Positions 10,414 through 20,538 of a stretch of DNA of 64,000 nt are shown one piece after another. The stretch covers positions 31,925-95,924 of the forward strand of contig PMEM01000043.1 of assembly GCA_003155795.1 (NCBI GenBank), written 5' to 3'. The stretch is from Gemmatimonadota bacterium (GTDB lineage: Bacteria; Gemmatimonadota; Gemmatimonadetes; Gemmatimonadales; Gemmatimonadaceae). Position 1 is the stretch's first letter, and each line of letters begins with the position of its first letter. Under the pieces are notes generated by a model. It did no database searches. It had not been told where the DNA came from and worked only from the letters and a program-made list of their open reading frames with translations. A program made the position numbers and the translations under genes.

Positions 10414-10584
10414 GGGGAATCCGACCGGGAGTCGCACGGAATGGCCGGAGGGGTAGGGAAGGCGTGGGTGACGTAAGTAGTGAGTGAGCCGGGCTGTATC
10501 TGGTATAAGCGGCATCCCACCCAATCCAGACCCTTGCGGCTCTCCAGTGATTCGACGCGCAGAACCTTTACCATCTGAACCAAA

Positions 10585-11976
10585 GTGTTGACCGGACACG
10601 AATTGGCGATCAGCCGAGCGCGCCCGTTGCCACGCGTCTACGACGCGGCGGATGGGATACTCGGCGCCGCGCGCGCGGTTCGGTCCATTCCGACGAATGG
10701 AATTCACGCGCTCGACGGAATCCAGACTGAGGATGTAATCGATGCAGTCAGATCGAGGTTGCTTTCGCCTGGCGAGACAGACGCACTTGCTGCTCCTGAT
10801 GTTCTTCATGATCCAGTCCGATCATCCCATGTGGTGCTCGTCGCGAGAAGCATTTATCAAGATGGGATCGCGCGCGAAGTAGAGCGGGATCCAGGGATCA
10901 ACGAAGTGCCAGCGAATTCCGCCGGCGTGCGCGCTCTGGTGATGACTCTCGGAGCGGAAGCACTTCAAGCTGCCGTTCAACGCGACGGCGTGCTCCGGCA
11001 CGCGTGTCTCTGGTACGGTTCATCCGCTCGGTGCCGAGTTGCTGTGAGCGTAGCGATCGACGCGGGCGCAGCACTCGATATGCATGATGTCTCCTCACTC
11101 GCCCGGGATGCGGTCACTCAGCTCGCAATTGAGCCAGATGCGCCTGTCGCTGCTGGTGCGGTTATCGTGAGTGCATTACGAGTCCGGGAGTCCGTAAGCT
11201 CGGTGACGAAAGCCGTCGCTGAGTACAGCGAGGGTCAAGGATCGGATCGATCGCTCCCGCAAGCATTGGAGGGAATGTTGCTCGGGGCCCTCCGCCATCG
11301 GACGGCGTGGCAGACGACCGGGAGTGGTACTGCAAGCCAGGCATACAGCCGTGCGGCTTTTGACCTTGCGAGACGGAATGCCCTTACGGCGACGTCCGAT
11401 CTCACCGTTCTCGAGCGCGCAGTGCATTCCGATGTCGCACCCCTTGATGCGGAGGGGCACGCGTTGACAATCGAAGCGGCGATACGCGTCCAAAGGGAAC
11501 TTCTCAAGGGCGACCATCTTTCCGGAAAGTCCCTGCAGGCAGAAATTGTACTTCTCTCACTTGCCCGTGAGAACATTGAAGGTTCCGTTACATCATTCAC
11601 GCCAGCCTATCGTGACGCGGTGGCCCGGTTGTCATCTGACACTCTCGCGGCCGCAACGCGTTTACAGAGCGTAGAAGGCGGCGAGGTGCTTGCTCAAGCC
11701 GGCGCCGCGTTTGTTGTCGCAGTTGCAGCCGTGCACCCACTGTTGAAAGTCCCAACAACCCAGCAGATGTGGGACAATGTCTTGCAAGGATCGGCGATTG
11801 CCGCAGCAGCACGTTCCACACAGCGGGTTGCGGATGCGGGCGAGTTACAGCATCCGCCTGAAAACTTGATTGCAGCGGCGGAGTCAGGTGATCTGCAGCC
11901 CCCGTCCGAACAGCAGGCGCTCCGGGCTTCCGATCACACCGAGAATCACCCTACGACCGCGAGCTACAGTGTGTAG
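10585..11976 (+). CDS. hypothetical Ala-rich helical protein
   Basis: 463-aa ORF, no motif recognised. Confidence 0.6.
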   Translation: MLTGHELAISRARPLPRVYDAADGILGAARAVRSIPTNGIHALDGIQTEDVIDAVRSRLLSPGETDALAAPDVLHDPVRSSHVVLVARSIYQDGIAREVERDPGINEVPANSAGVRALVMTLGAEALQAAVQRDGVLRHACLWYGSSARCRVAVSVAIDAGAALDMHDVSSLARDAVTQLAIEPDAPVAAGAVIVSALRVRESVSSVTKAVAEYSEGQGSDRSLPQALEGMLLGALRHRTAWQTTGSGTASQAYSRAAFDLARRNALTATSDLTVLERAVHSDVAPLDAEGHALTIEAAIRVQRELLKGDHLSGKSLQAEIVLLSLARENIEGSVTSFTPAYRDAVARLSSDTLAAATRLQSVEGGEVLAQAGAAFVVAVAAVHPLLKVPTTQQMWDNVLQGSAIAAAARSTQRVADAGELQHPPENLIAAAESGDLQPPSEQQALRASDHTENHPTTASYSV

Positions 11977-12035
11977 CGATCTCGGTCGGCCGAGAGGATT
12001 CTTGTGATGCTACGGCGTGGGTGCATATTCCCTGT

Positions 12036-12254
12036 ATGTCACCGCGCCGCCTACTCTTCAAAGCCTCCGTTACGGTTCTCGGTAAGTCGATGTACGGTGC
12101 CGCTGAAGAACTGGGCGTGACCTACAACCACCTGGTCCTGGTACTCGATGGCGATCGGATCGGGAGTGAGCGATTGGAGGCGGGGATCAACAAGCTTCTT
12201 GTCTCGGCACAGGCAACACTTACCCCGGCGCCGGCTCGTCGATCGGCCCGCTGA
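12036..12254 (+). CDS. small Cro/HTH-like protein
   Basis: SMYGAAEELGVTYNHLVLVLDGDR HTH pattern; box variant cgtgggtgcat at 12016-12026. Confidence 0.55.
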   Translation: MSPRRLLFKASVTVLGKSMYGAAEELGVTYNHLVLVLDGDRIGSERLEAGINKLLVSAQATLTPAPARRSAR

Positions 12255-12482
12255 TGATCTGTGATCGCGTTGGGAGCGATCGTATCGAAACGCCGCCGGG
12301 CAGATTACGCATGGTTTCAGCTACTCGAACCTTTTCTCAGGGCCTCTCCATACGTCACTCTGTATCGAGAGGTTGATGATGCCCTGTTCCTGGTGCTAAA
12401 CGAATGCGAGTGGCAGGACTGTACGAAGTAGGCAGGGCATTAAGTGGTTAGCGACGGTTCAGTTGGCAGGTTGGGGAGCTAC

Positions 12483-12493
12483 CGCGGGTGCAT
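12483..12493 (+). promoter_or_regulatory. CGCGRGYGCAT backbone box (cgcgggtgcat)
   Basis: Ends 47 nt before ATG 12540. Confidence 0.6.
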
Positions 12494-12539
12494 CAGGTGG
12501 TACGTGAAGTATCACCTGAAATCATCCAGTGAGGTTCCC

Positions 12540-13334
12540 ATGCGTACAGTTGCAACGTCCCAACCTACAATACCCGTTACTCACCAATCAGACCCAACGA
12601 AGCCGGTTGAGTACATCAGCTACGACGGACTCACCGCGATCGTGTCTGGCGAAGTCATGAGCGACGATGGTCGCTACATCGCCCTTGAGGTTGTGGGAGC
12701 CGAGGTGTCAGTTAAGGCAATTGCCGCGGCCCTCGTCATCGGGAAGCGCGTTGATGGATCCGAGAAGATTGTCGAGAAGGATACCGAGCGGATCAAGTTG
12801 GTTGATCGACCATTCCGGATGCTGACCGTACCGCTAACGGGCGGTGTAGTGAGTCTCGTGCTTCTCTCGGCCGATGCGGTTATCACCATGCCGCATGAAC
12901 AGGCACAGCAAACGAAGAAGCGTAAGAAGCGTCTGTCGGCCACCTACGACGACCGGAAGGCCCGCGCCGAGCGTGAACGTGACGATGGAAGCGAGTTGGG
13001 AACCGCTCGTGGCGACGACGAGGACAGGAAGGAGCTGCATTTCGTTACGTTGCCGCACTCTCCCGAGATTGATGGTGTGCCGGGAGGCTTGGCGGATGCC
13101 CTTGCGAGTGTGTTCCGACTTCCATTCCGCCGAGAATGGCTCCCCGATCTTGTGAAGCGAGGCACAGCGGCTGGACTGATTGTGCCATTCACAAGCAGCG
13201 GTACGCTGTCGGGGATGAAGCTCAACCTCATTCCGACCGCATGGGAAGACGTGTACCGTGATGCAGTGTCAGCGGCCCATCGCGCGAAGCGGCGAGAGGC
13301 AGGGCGGGTAGCAAAGGAACAGATCGCCGCATAG
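12540..13334 (+). CDS. hypothetical plasmid/ICE protein
   Basis: GAGG RBS; precedes MTase-helicase gene; LPFRREW motif. Confidence 0.65.
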   Translation: MRTVATSQPTIPVTHQSDPTKPVEYISYDGLTAIVSGEVMSDDGRYIALEVVGAEVSVKAIAAALVIGKRVDGSEKIVEKDTERIKLVDRPFRMLTVPLTGGVVSLVLLSADAVITMPHEQAQQTKKRKKRLSATYDDRKARAERERDDGSELGTARGDDEDRKELHFVTLPHSPEIDGVPGGLADALASVFRLPFRREWLPDLVKRGTAAGLIVPFTSSGTLSGMKLNLIPTAWEDVYRDAVSAAHRAKRREAGRVAKEQIAA

Positions 13335-13479
13335 ACAATCGCAACACGTAAGCGCGAATCATCGCGTCGGGGTGTCCACTGGACGCTCCGGCGCGTTTTG
13401 CTTTCGTGCCCCATGTGTCGTCGCGTGAGCGCACCACTCTCCATCTGATAACGCCTCAATCTCATTTGGAGTTTTCACC

Positions 13480-16400
13480 ATGGCCCGACTTGGAGCAGAC
13501 GCAAAAGCGCAGTACTACCCGACGCCTCTTTCGATCATCGAGACGGCGGCGAATATGATCCATGCCCCGAAGGGCGCGACGATCTATGATCCGTGCGCTG
13601 GAACCGGCGCAGCCGTGGCGTTGCTCGCTCGGCTCACTGGCATGACAGCCTACGGGAACGAGCTCGATGCAGAACGCGCAGGGTCAGCTCGAGCCGTGTT
13701 GGCCGAATGCACGGTTGGCCCATACGAGACTGTGACGCGCACGCAGGGCGACCGATTCTCGGCGGTGTTCTTCAACCCTCCATACTCGGATGCAGTAGGC
13801 AATCGTGGGCGTCTCGAAACCCTGGCGCTTCCTCACGCGCTACGGGATCTGGCAACGCATGGCCTGCTATTCGGCGTCCTCCCGATCGACACTGTACGCG
13901 ATTACACGTTCATGACTCGGCTGTGCGCGACTTGCGACGTGGTTTCGGTTGCTCGTTTCCCTGGTGATCTCTACGACTCTTTCAAGCAGGTGGTGGTCCT
14001 TGCCGTGAAACGTGCGAAAGGCACGACCGGCGAGAATGTGTACGTCTTGATGCAGCGGCTTGGACTCACTCCCCAAGCGCCTGTCCGCCATGGGTATTCC
14101 AAGCCTGTTCCACACGCGCTTGATGAATTCACGGTCGAGTATGTCTGCTCCCGCGCAGTGATCGAGGTTCCGGGAAGCCGTGCGCCCGTATCGCTAATCA
14201 ATCCGGCGTCCAATCCAATGGCGCTGCTCACCGATGCGGTTGCGAAGGGCGCAACAGCTACGCCGACGTTCCGGATGCTCACACGTGGCCGCACGTCTGA
14301 ACAGGGTAGGGCGCAAGCCGAGTTTCGCCCGTTGATGCCTCTCAAGCGCGGCCATGCGAGCATGTTACTCGCCGCCGGATTTCTGGACGGTGCGGAGGTC
14401 ACGTGGGAAGGCCGGGACTACGTTGTGCGCGGTTACTCGCGGAAATACCTCACCCGTAGGTCTGAAATTGTGGGTGAGAAGGAAGAAACCGAGAAGGTGT
14501 TCACTCGTGAGAACTTCGCTACAGTGATCGTTCTGGTCGACGCCGTGAACGGTGCGATCACCGAGCTGTCCCCGGATACCGACAAAGAGCGCTACCAGGC
14601 GTTTCTGCTCGATCAGGCTGATGCACTCACCAGCGTAGTTCAGAAGCGCTACCCGGCTCGCTACAATCCAGATTCCCCCGACTTCGCTGACCCTGTGATT
14701 GATGCCGTGCTTGCACGTGTAAAAGCACCAGGGAAACTCGCCGGGCGCGATACGGGCGGCCTGTTGGCGAAGCAGGCCGAGGTTGTTCGTGCAGGAGCGC
14801 GCTCATTGCGCGACGGTGAAAAGACCATCTGGTTTAACGCGCGCATGGGAACAGGAAAGACGCTGCTACTTCCAATCGCGTGGGCCGCATCGGAAGGCAA
14901 GCGGATGGACATTCGTGGATCGAATTCGCCAAAGGCTGTCGTACTTTGCCCGGCGCACCTTACACGGAAATGGGCGCGTCACATTGACGTGATGCTCTCC
15001 GATTTCGGAGCACGCGCGATTGTATGTAAGAAGCCGTCGGACGTTGATGCGGTGTTCAACATGAACAGGCCCGGTGTGGCGGTACTATCGTTCGAGCGGT
15101 CGAAGATGGGTAACGAATGGACGCATGCGGCGAATTGTCGGACCGTTCGCGGCGAGGTTTCGCGTGTCGCCGACAACGGCAAGATCGTTTGCGAGTCCAC
15201 CAACGTTCGTGTCTGTGCATGTCCCAAGTGCGGTACCATCCAACACGAAATTATCCGTGACGAGGAAGGCGACGCCGAGGATATGATGGGCGCCCCGTAC
15301 ACTTGGAGCGATCGCGACGGCCAGCGAGTGCCAGATTTCGGAAACCGTAGAAATCGGTGTGAGAACGAAGCGTGCGGCGAACCGCTTTGGCAGGTGGTCC
15401 CGTTTAAGGGCGGCCGAAACGGGCGCCATGCGCTTCCAAAGCCGGGAGAGTCGCGGTTCAACGGGGGCCTTGCCTACGGCGGAGGTCGCGCGGCGCTCGC
15501 CCAGTATATCTCTTCGCACTACGCAGGTCGTTACTCGGTCATTGGTGACGAGGTACACAAGCTTACCGCATCGGATACTGACCGTGGTTACGCGCTTATG
15601 GACCTTTGCGCCGGTGCAAAAAAGCGAATCATGGGATCCGGGTCATGGTTCAACGGAAAGGCGAGTGCGATTTTCGGTGTGTCGCTCCGAACGCTTCCGA
15701 CCTTTGTTGAGCGCGGTTTCAAGTACGGCGACGAGGCGTCATTCGTGCGCGCATACGGCCTCATTGAACAGGTTGAATACCGTTCCGCTAGCGCAACAGG
15801 CTCGACCAGCTCACTTGGTTACTCACGTCGCGAGGATGGCGTAAGGAGTAAGGAAATCGCCGGATGCCAGCCCGACTTGATGGCTCTCATTCTCCCAAAC
15901 TGCCTTTTCTTGGAGTTAGCGGATTTGGGTGAAGCGCTCCCACCTTACAACGAATACAGCGTCCACGTCGATCTACCGGAGGACGAGGAAATTAAGGTTG
16001 CGTTCCAGTCGATTGCTACGTTTCTCGAACAGGGACGCAAGGAGGCAAGGAAGGGCGATCCAACAGCGTTGAGCAGTGGAATTCAGCTCGCACTTGGTTT
16101 TCCGTATCGGATGGAAGGTGCGGAAGAAATCATCCATCGTCGCCGTGACAATGCGGTAATCTTTTCGATGGAAGGGCGCACAATGCCAGCGGGCGGTTGG
16201 CCGTTGGATCAATTGCTCGTGCGATATTGCCGCGCAGAGCGCGCGCGTGGACGCAAAGTGTTGGTTTATCTCGGTCAGATGGTACGCCGTGACGCGAGTG
16301 GTCGCCTGATTCACCTACTCACACAAGCCGGCCTACGCGTAGGCGTGTTGCGTCCGAACGTCGCCGCCGAGGGCCGCGAAGCGTGGCTTGCGGCGATTGA

Positions 16401-16977
16401 ACCAACCATCGACGTACTGTTTACGTCGGCGCCGTTGGTTGAAACTGGACTTGACCTCTACGCGTTCCCATCGATTGTGAATTTTGGGACAGAGCGTAGC
16501 ATTTTCACCTTGCAGCAGTCGTCGCGCCGTTCGTGGAGGTTGGGCCAGACGGAGCCGGTTGAGGTTTCGTTCTGGACGTATCGCGGAACGCTCTCCCACG
16601 ATGCGTTGCCAACCATCGCGCGCGGGCTTGCAGCAGCCGCGCGGTTCAACGGCAACACGGCGGAAGGCTTGGCGGCGACGTCGGAGGAAGGCGACGTTGA
16701 TTTGGTATCCGCGTTGATGCGCCAAGTTTTGACCGGCACCATCGAGCGTGGTACGCCGTTTCCGACCCTCACAATCCCGAGCGACGAGGAAGTAGCCGAA
16801 ATGGAGAAAGTGTCGGGGGTGATGATCCGTCCCGCGCCACACGCTCCGGCTCTCCCATCCGAAGTTGACGAGGCCACGGATGCAGTAGTCGCGGAGCCCG
16901 CAGCCATGGGTGGGGATGATTGGAAAGGTCGGAAAGTGGCGCAGATGTCACTATTCGATGCGCTGCTTGCGGCATAA
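13480..16977 (+). CDS. DUF6094-like adenine methyltransferase fused to SNF2-like helicase (DarB-like architecture)
   Basis: YYPTP, YDPCAGTG, FFNPPY; Walker A ARMGTGKT, DEVH, ETGLDL, QSSRRSWRLGQ; box variant cgtgagcgcac at 13424-13434. Confidence 0.88.
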   Translation: MARLGADAKAQYYPTPLSIIETAANMIHAPKGATIYDPCAGTGAAVALLARLTGMTAYGNELDAERAGSARAVLAECTVGPYETVTRTQGDRFSAVFFNPPYSDAVGNRGRLETLALPHALRDLATHGLLFGVLPIDTVRDYTFMTRLCATCDVVSVARFPGDLYDSFKQVVVLAVKRAKGTTGENVYVLMQRLGLTPQAPVRHGYSKPVPHALDEFTVEYVCSRAVIEVPGSRAPVSLINPASNPMALLTDAVAKGATATPTFRMLTRGRTSEQGRAQAEFRPLMPLKRGHASMLLAAGFLDGAEVTWEGRDYVVRGYSRKYLTRRSEIVGEKEETEKVFTRENFATVIVLVDAVNGAITELSPDTDKERYQAFLLDQADALTSVVQKRYPARYNPDSPDFADPVIDAVLARVKAPGKLAGRDTGGLLAKQAEVVRAGARSLRDGEKTIWFNARMGTGKTLLLPIAWAASEGKRMDIRGSNSPKAVVLCPAHLTRKWARHIDVMLSDFGARAIVCKKPSDVDAVFNMNRPGVAVLSFERSKMGNEWTHAANCRTVRGEVSRVADNGKIVCESTNVRVCACPKCGTIQHEIIRDEEGDAEDMMGAPYTWSDRDGQRVPDFGNRRNRCENEACGEPLWQVVPFKGGRNGRHALPKPGESRFNGGLAYGGGRAALAQYISSHYAGRYSVIGDEVHKLTASDTDRGYALMDLCAGAKKRIMGSGSWFNGKASAIFGVSLRTLPTFVERGFKYGDEASFVRAYGLIEQVEYRSASATGSTSSLGYSRREDGVRSKEIAGCQPDLMALILPNCLFLELADLGEALPPYNEYSVHVDLPEDEEIKVAFQSIATFLEQGRKEARKGDPTALSSGIQLALGFPYRMEGAEEIIHRRRDNAVIFSMEGRTMPAGGWPLDQLLVRYCRAERARGRKVLVYLGQMVRRDASGRLIHLLTQAGLRVGVLRPNVAAEGREAWLAAIEPTIDVLFTSAPLVETGLDLYAFPSIVNFGTERSIFTLQQSSRRSWRLGQTEPVEVSFWTYRGTLSHDALPTIARGLAAAARFNGNTAEGLAATSEEGDVDLVSALMRQVLTGTIERGTPFPTLTIPSDEEVAEMEKVSGVMIRPAPHAPALPSEVDEATDAVVAEPAAMGGDDWKGRKVAQMSLFDALLAA

Positions 16978-17081
16978 TTTACCTGTAATGGGCGACGGCA
17001 TAACCGCAGTGCCGTCGTCATGCGCAGGCGCATGTCCTTGAAGGCGAATGGGCTTGATATGTGTTTCAAATCATTGCATCT

Positions 17082-17302
17082 ATGAAAGCGACTGGATCCC
17101 GCGTGGCTCTCGAGACAGGGCGCAAAGGCTACACCCTTGGGGAAGGCAGAAGCTGATTGTCCCGCGTTTCGCGCGCGATTGGATGACGTCTGTAACCCGG
17201 AGTATATCGCGCACTGGCTTTAAGCGCTCCGCGACGATAACCGTGCGGTATTCCGTGCAGTCCGTGAGGCTCGGCAGGCGGTTGCCTATCTCTACGATCT
17301 GA
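17082..17302 (+). pseudogene. ardC: ArdC-like antirestriction protein C-terminal remnant
   Basis: Frame from 17161 reads EYIAHWL*ALRDDNRAVFRAVREARQAVAYL (in-frame TAA 17221-17223), resembling the ArdC YIxxWLxxLxxDxRAIFxAxxxAxxAxxYL pattern. Confidence 0.6.
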
Positions 17303-17663
17303 CAGAAACAGATACCGGTATAGTCCACCCCGACACATCGGCAAGTCAAACTACTTCTCAGTCTGTGGAGGGCGCACGATTATACAAACGACAACAATCA
17401 GTGCGGCGCCTTCGTATCGCGCCCCCAAAAGCCGGCGCCGATGTGCGCCGTGGAGCCAGAGCTGCCGGTGCGGCTGATACTCGCGCGGAGCGGGACAGTT
17501 AACTCACGATTGAGCGCGCACTCGAGGAGGCCGGCTGTTCGACTATGCGCGGCCGGAAATGGGAGCCGGCAACCGCGCAAACAAATTGGACGTATGCTTT
17601 ACACGTCATGAAAAACGCACCCGTGAAAGACGACCTATCGCCATACACAAATCGAGGGAGCAT

Positions 17664-18296
17664 ATGAAGCGGATCGGACTCGCGGTACTGGCACTAACGG
17701 TGTGCAACACCCTTGCGCAGGCGCAGGAAGGTCAGCACACTGCTACAGGATCAGTGTCCGGAAGCGTCTATCTAGTGATGCAGAACGGCGACACTAAGCG
17801 GGGGGCAGGCGTCACCGTCTATCTCTTGCGCGATACGAAAGACTTGGAACGTTGGCGTGATACCCTTTGCCCTCAACGGGCGCTTGGCAGCATCAAGCTT
17901 CAATTGAGCCACCTCTCTACAATGGTCTCCAGATATAAGGCGATGGAAGCCAATTCACGCACAAAAACGGATCTATACGCAAAGGAACAAGCTGCGAGTG
18001 AAGCACAGGCCGATTCGTTTAGTCAAGAGACGATCCGCCAAAGGAGAGAGAATCTTGCCGCAGCCATAGTAGATACGGTCGGCACAGGAATGGAGGCGCG
18101 CTACCAATTCGCAAACGTGATACCTGGGCAATATGTGCTCTTTGCTGAGTGGGCAATCGCAGACAAGCCCTACGCATGGTGGGCGCCGGTCGAAGTACTT
18201 CCGGGTCAATCTGTAAAACATGACTTGGATAATTCAACTGAGAAAGGTGGCGCGCTGTATTGCGGAGCGCCGCCCAAGTTCCCGCAGGAACCGTGA
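17664..18296 (+). CDS. secreted protein, carboxypeptidase-regulatory/prealbumin-like fold
   Basis: GAGGGAG RBS, signal peptide MKRIGLAVLAL..AQA, GSVSGSV..YQFANVIPGQY. Confidence 0.7.
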   Translation: MKRIGLAVLALTVCNTLAQAQEGQHTATGSVSGSVYLVMQNGDTKRGAGVTVYLLRDTKDLERWRDTLCPQRALGSIKLQLSHLSTMVSRYKAMEANSRTKTDLYAKEQAASEAQADSFSQETIRQRRENLAAAIVDTVGTGMEARYQFANVIPGQYVLFAEWAIADKPYAWWAPVEVLPGQSVKHDLDNSTEKGGALYCGAPPKFPQEP

Positions 18297-18660
18297 CGAC
18301 GTGGGAACTGGTGAACGCGCTACCGGCTGAGAACGTCGCCGGCGTGCTGCACATGGTGCGCGCCGAGCACGGCGGCACGTGGAAGTGTCCGGCGTGCGGG
18401 GGCCTCGCAGCTCCGGCCGTTCAACCCGAACGCTGGCGGGCAGGGTTTCGTGTACTGGAGCGGCTGCGGTGAAAAGTCTTTCACGTCGTTGAGTGGGCTC
18501 CATCGGTCTGGCGTGCCGACAGGAGACGCGCTGTGCGAGCCGTCGCGCCGGCCGCGCGAGATTGAGGATTTGCGGCGTACGATCACGCGGCCCCAGTTCC
18601 GTCATGGCAACGAAGATCAAGGAGGCGGCTCGCGAGGCCTTCTTGGGCCGGGAAGGGCGG
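18293..18660 (+). pseudogene. frameshifted remnant resembling a primase-type Zn-binding domain
   Basis: WKCPACGG in one frame, YWSGCGEK in the next. Confidence 0.3.
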
Positions 18661-18789
18661 GAGCGGTAGGGGGATTCGCATCAACCATGTGTCGGTGACC
18701 GTGCACATCCCCGGCATCCCGGCCGTAGACTTACAAGACGAAAGAGGTGCGCGCGTCGCTATCACTTCGGTCTGTTTCCGCGGAGCCAT

Positions 18790-19629
18790 ATGGAATCCAC
18801 AATATCAGCGCAAGAAGCTGAGAGCGAAAGAAACGAACGTATCTTCCAGAGCCTTCCAAAGCTCGGGTCCGATGCTTATATGGACCTGCTCAAACACGGG
18901 AGTGCGTCCGACCTGCCTGCGCCAGTGCTGGTTCGCGCGTATAGACAGCTCGGTACAGGCCGCGCGGCCGAGGCAACACTGGGCCGTCTGCTTACAAATG
19001 ACGCCACCTATGGCTACCTGCGGCCGCTTCGAAAGATGGCGCGGCGAAAAGTCTCGAGCCGTGACTGGTTCAGCGCTGAGGACCTGGTAGACCAGTCAAT
19101 CAGTGTGATCTCGGAGGCACTCGCTGGGCCGCGCGGTGACGGCGCATGCGAGCATTGGATCAGCTTCCTGAAGCAGCGTATGGAGGATGCATATCGTTTG
19201 TTCAACGGTCGCCGCCGTGGCCGGCAGGATCCGCCTCGGGCGGATCCGCGCCAAGATCCGGAGTCGGGACTATGGTCGGACCCAGCGGATGACCCAGGCG
19301 CACTTCACGCTTCCTGGCACGGTCGTGTGGACTCGGGACATGAGGAGTGGCTGGAGGCGTTCATCACGCGCACGCTCGCCACGATCACCGACACACGCAT
19401 CCGCGAGGTTGCCCAGGATCTCTTTAGTGCCGCGCCTTCGCCAATCTCATCACAGGCTGGCATCGAAGAGGGCGGGAAGATACCTCTAACTGAGCGATAC
19501 GGGGTCGACCGTTACAAGATCTACAGGTGGCGCCGAATTGCGCGGGCAAAACTCTTGGCAGCGCTCCGCAATCAGAATGAACGTGAAGTTGACCTAAGCT
19601 GGCTGCAAGACTCAGCCGACGACGAATGA
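18790..19629 (+). CDS. ECF/sigma-70-like protein
   Basis: GGAG RBS; region-2-like AEDLVDQ..WISFLKQRMEDAYR; region-4 HTH LTERYGVDRYKIYRWRRIARAKL. Confidence 0.65.
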   Translation: MESTISAQEAESERNERIFQSLPKLGSDAYMDLLKHGSASDLPAPVLVRAYRQLGTGRAAEATLGRLLTNDATYGYLRPLRKMARRKVSSRDWFSAEDLVDQSISVISEALAGPRGDGACEHWISFLKQRMEDAYRLFNGRRRGRQDPPRADPRQDPESGLWSDPADDPGALHASWHGRVDSGHEEWLEAFITRTLATITDTRIREVAQDLFSAAPSPISSQAGIEEGGKIPLTERYGVDRYKIYRWRRIARAKLLAALRNQNEREVDLSWLQDSADDE

Positions 19630-19704
19630 CAGCAGCGATCGCTGTGCAAGCCCGACGAACGACAGCGCAACGGATCGTAGAGAAACGGGCAAGATCACTG
19701 AGAC

Positions 19705-20454
19705 ATGATAACTATGGAGTCTAAGATGCCGAACACCACCCCCGCGACCGACCTCATCCAGCAACTGGTTGTACGACTAGAGCATGCATGGAACACGAGC
19801 CATGACGACAGGCTTGTCGATCGCTTGGCTGCCGAGCACCCATCGTTCGCTGAGGAACTGTACGACTTCTTTGCTGACCTCGTAGAAGCGGAGTTGGAGA
19901 GAGATCATCCGTGTCCCGAACTTGAGGCCGCTGACGAGCGTACGCGGCAATGGTTGGAGCGCGAGGGTTACAGGAATGTGGCCGAGGCGCGCCGCTTGGA
20001 TGCAATAGGGCGAACGCCGACGCTTGGCTCCGCAGGATTGTCCTCTGGTCTATCCCCAGCCACACAGTCTGTTGCCTGGCCCGCGAATATCGCGAACGAT
20101 CGGGAGCTTGGCGCGCCTCGGCCATTCTTAGGCCTGCTGAAAGAGGCAACTAGCAAACCCACGGCTGCGCTCGCGGTCGCGCTGGAACTGACAGCGGGAT
20201 TTCTCGTCGATATCTCCGACAATGCCGACCTACTGCCTGACGCTGCGCGGGCGGAACTTGCCCATCGTGCGGAGAAAGCGTGGGGACTAGATCGGCGTCG
20301 TAGTTTAGCAGCACTGGCGACGGTAGACCACCAGTTTCAAAAGGCCGCTTCACGGGAGGGGCCGTACGAAGGTCACCGGGTGACGTACGCCGAGGTTGTT
20401 GCTCGATCCGGTATGAACTCGCAGCAAAAGCGGTACTGGCTTCTCTTAGCTTGA
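19705..20454 (+). CDS. putative anti-sigma/HTH partner protein
   Basis: N-terminal DRLAAEHPSFAEELYDF helix; C-terminal XRE-like TAALAVALELTAGFLVDI. Confidence 0.55.
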   Translation: MITMESKMPNTTPATDLIQQLVVRLEHAWNTSHDDRLVDRLAAEHPSFAEELYDFFADLVEAELERDHPCPELEAADERTRQWLEREGYRNVAEARRLDAIGRTPTLGSAGLSSGLSPATQSVAWPANIANDRELGAPRPFLGLLKEATSKPTAALAVALELTAGFLVDISDNADLLPDAARAELAHRAEKAWGLDRRRSLAALATVDHQFQKAASREGPYEGHRVTYAEVVARSGMNSQQKRYWLLLA

Positions 20455-20538
20455 CGATTCGTCGATCGTCTACGAAGAATAGGCGAGCTGAGCATGTAAC
20501 CCATCGTTGTACGTCACCTCCGACTCTTCACCTCTTTC

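Noticed and set aside
16988..17021. Intrinsic terminator after MTase-helicase
   Set aside because: Hairpin gcgacggca/tgccgtcgt present but no U-tract
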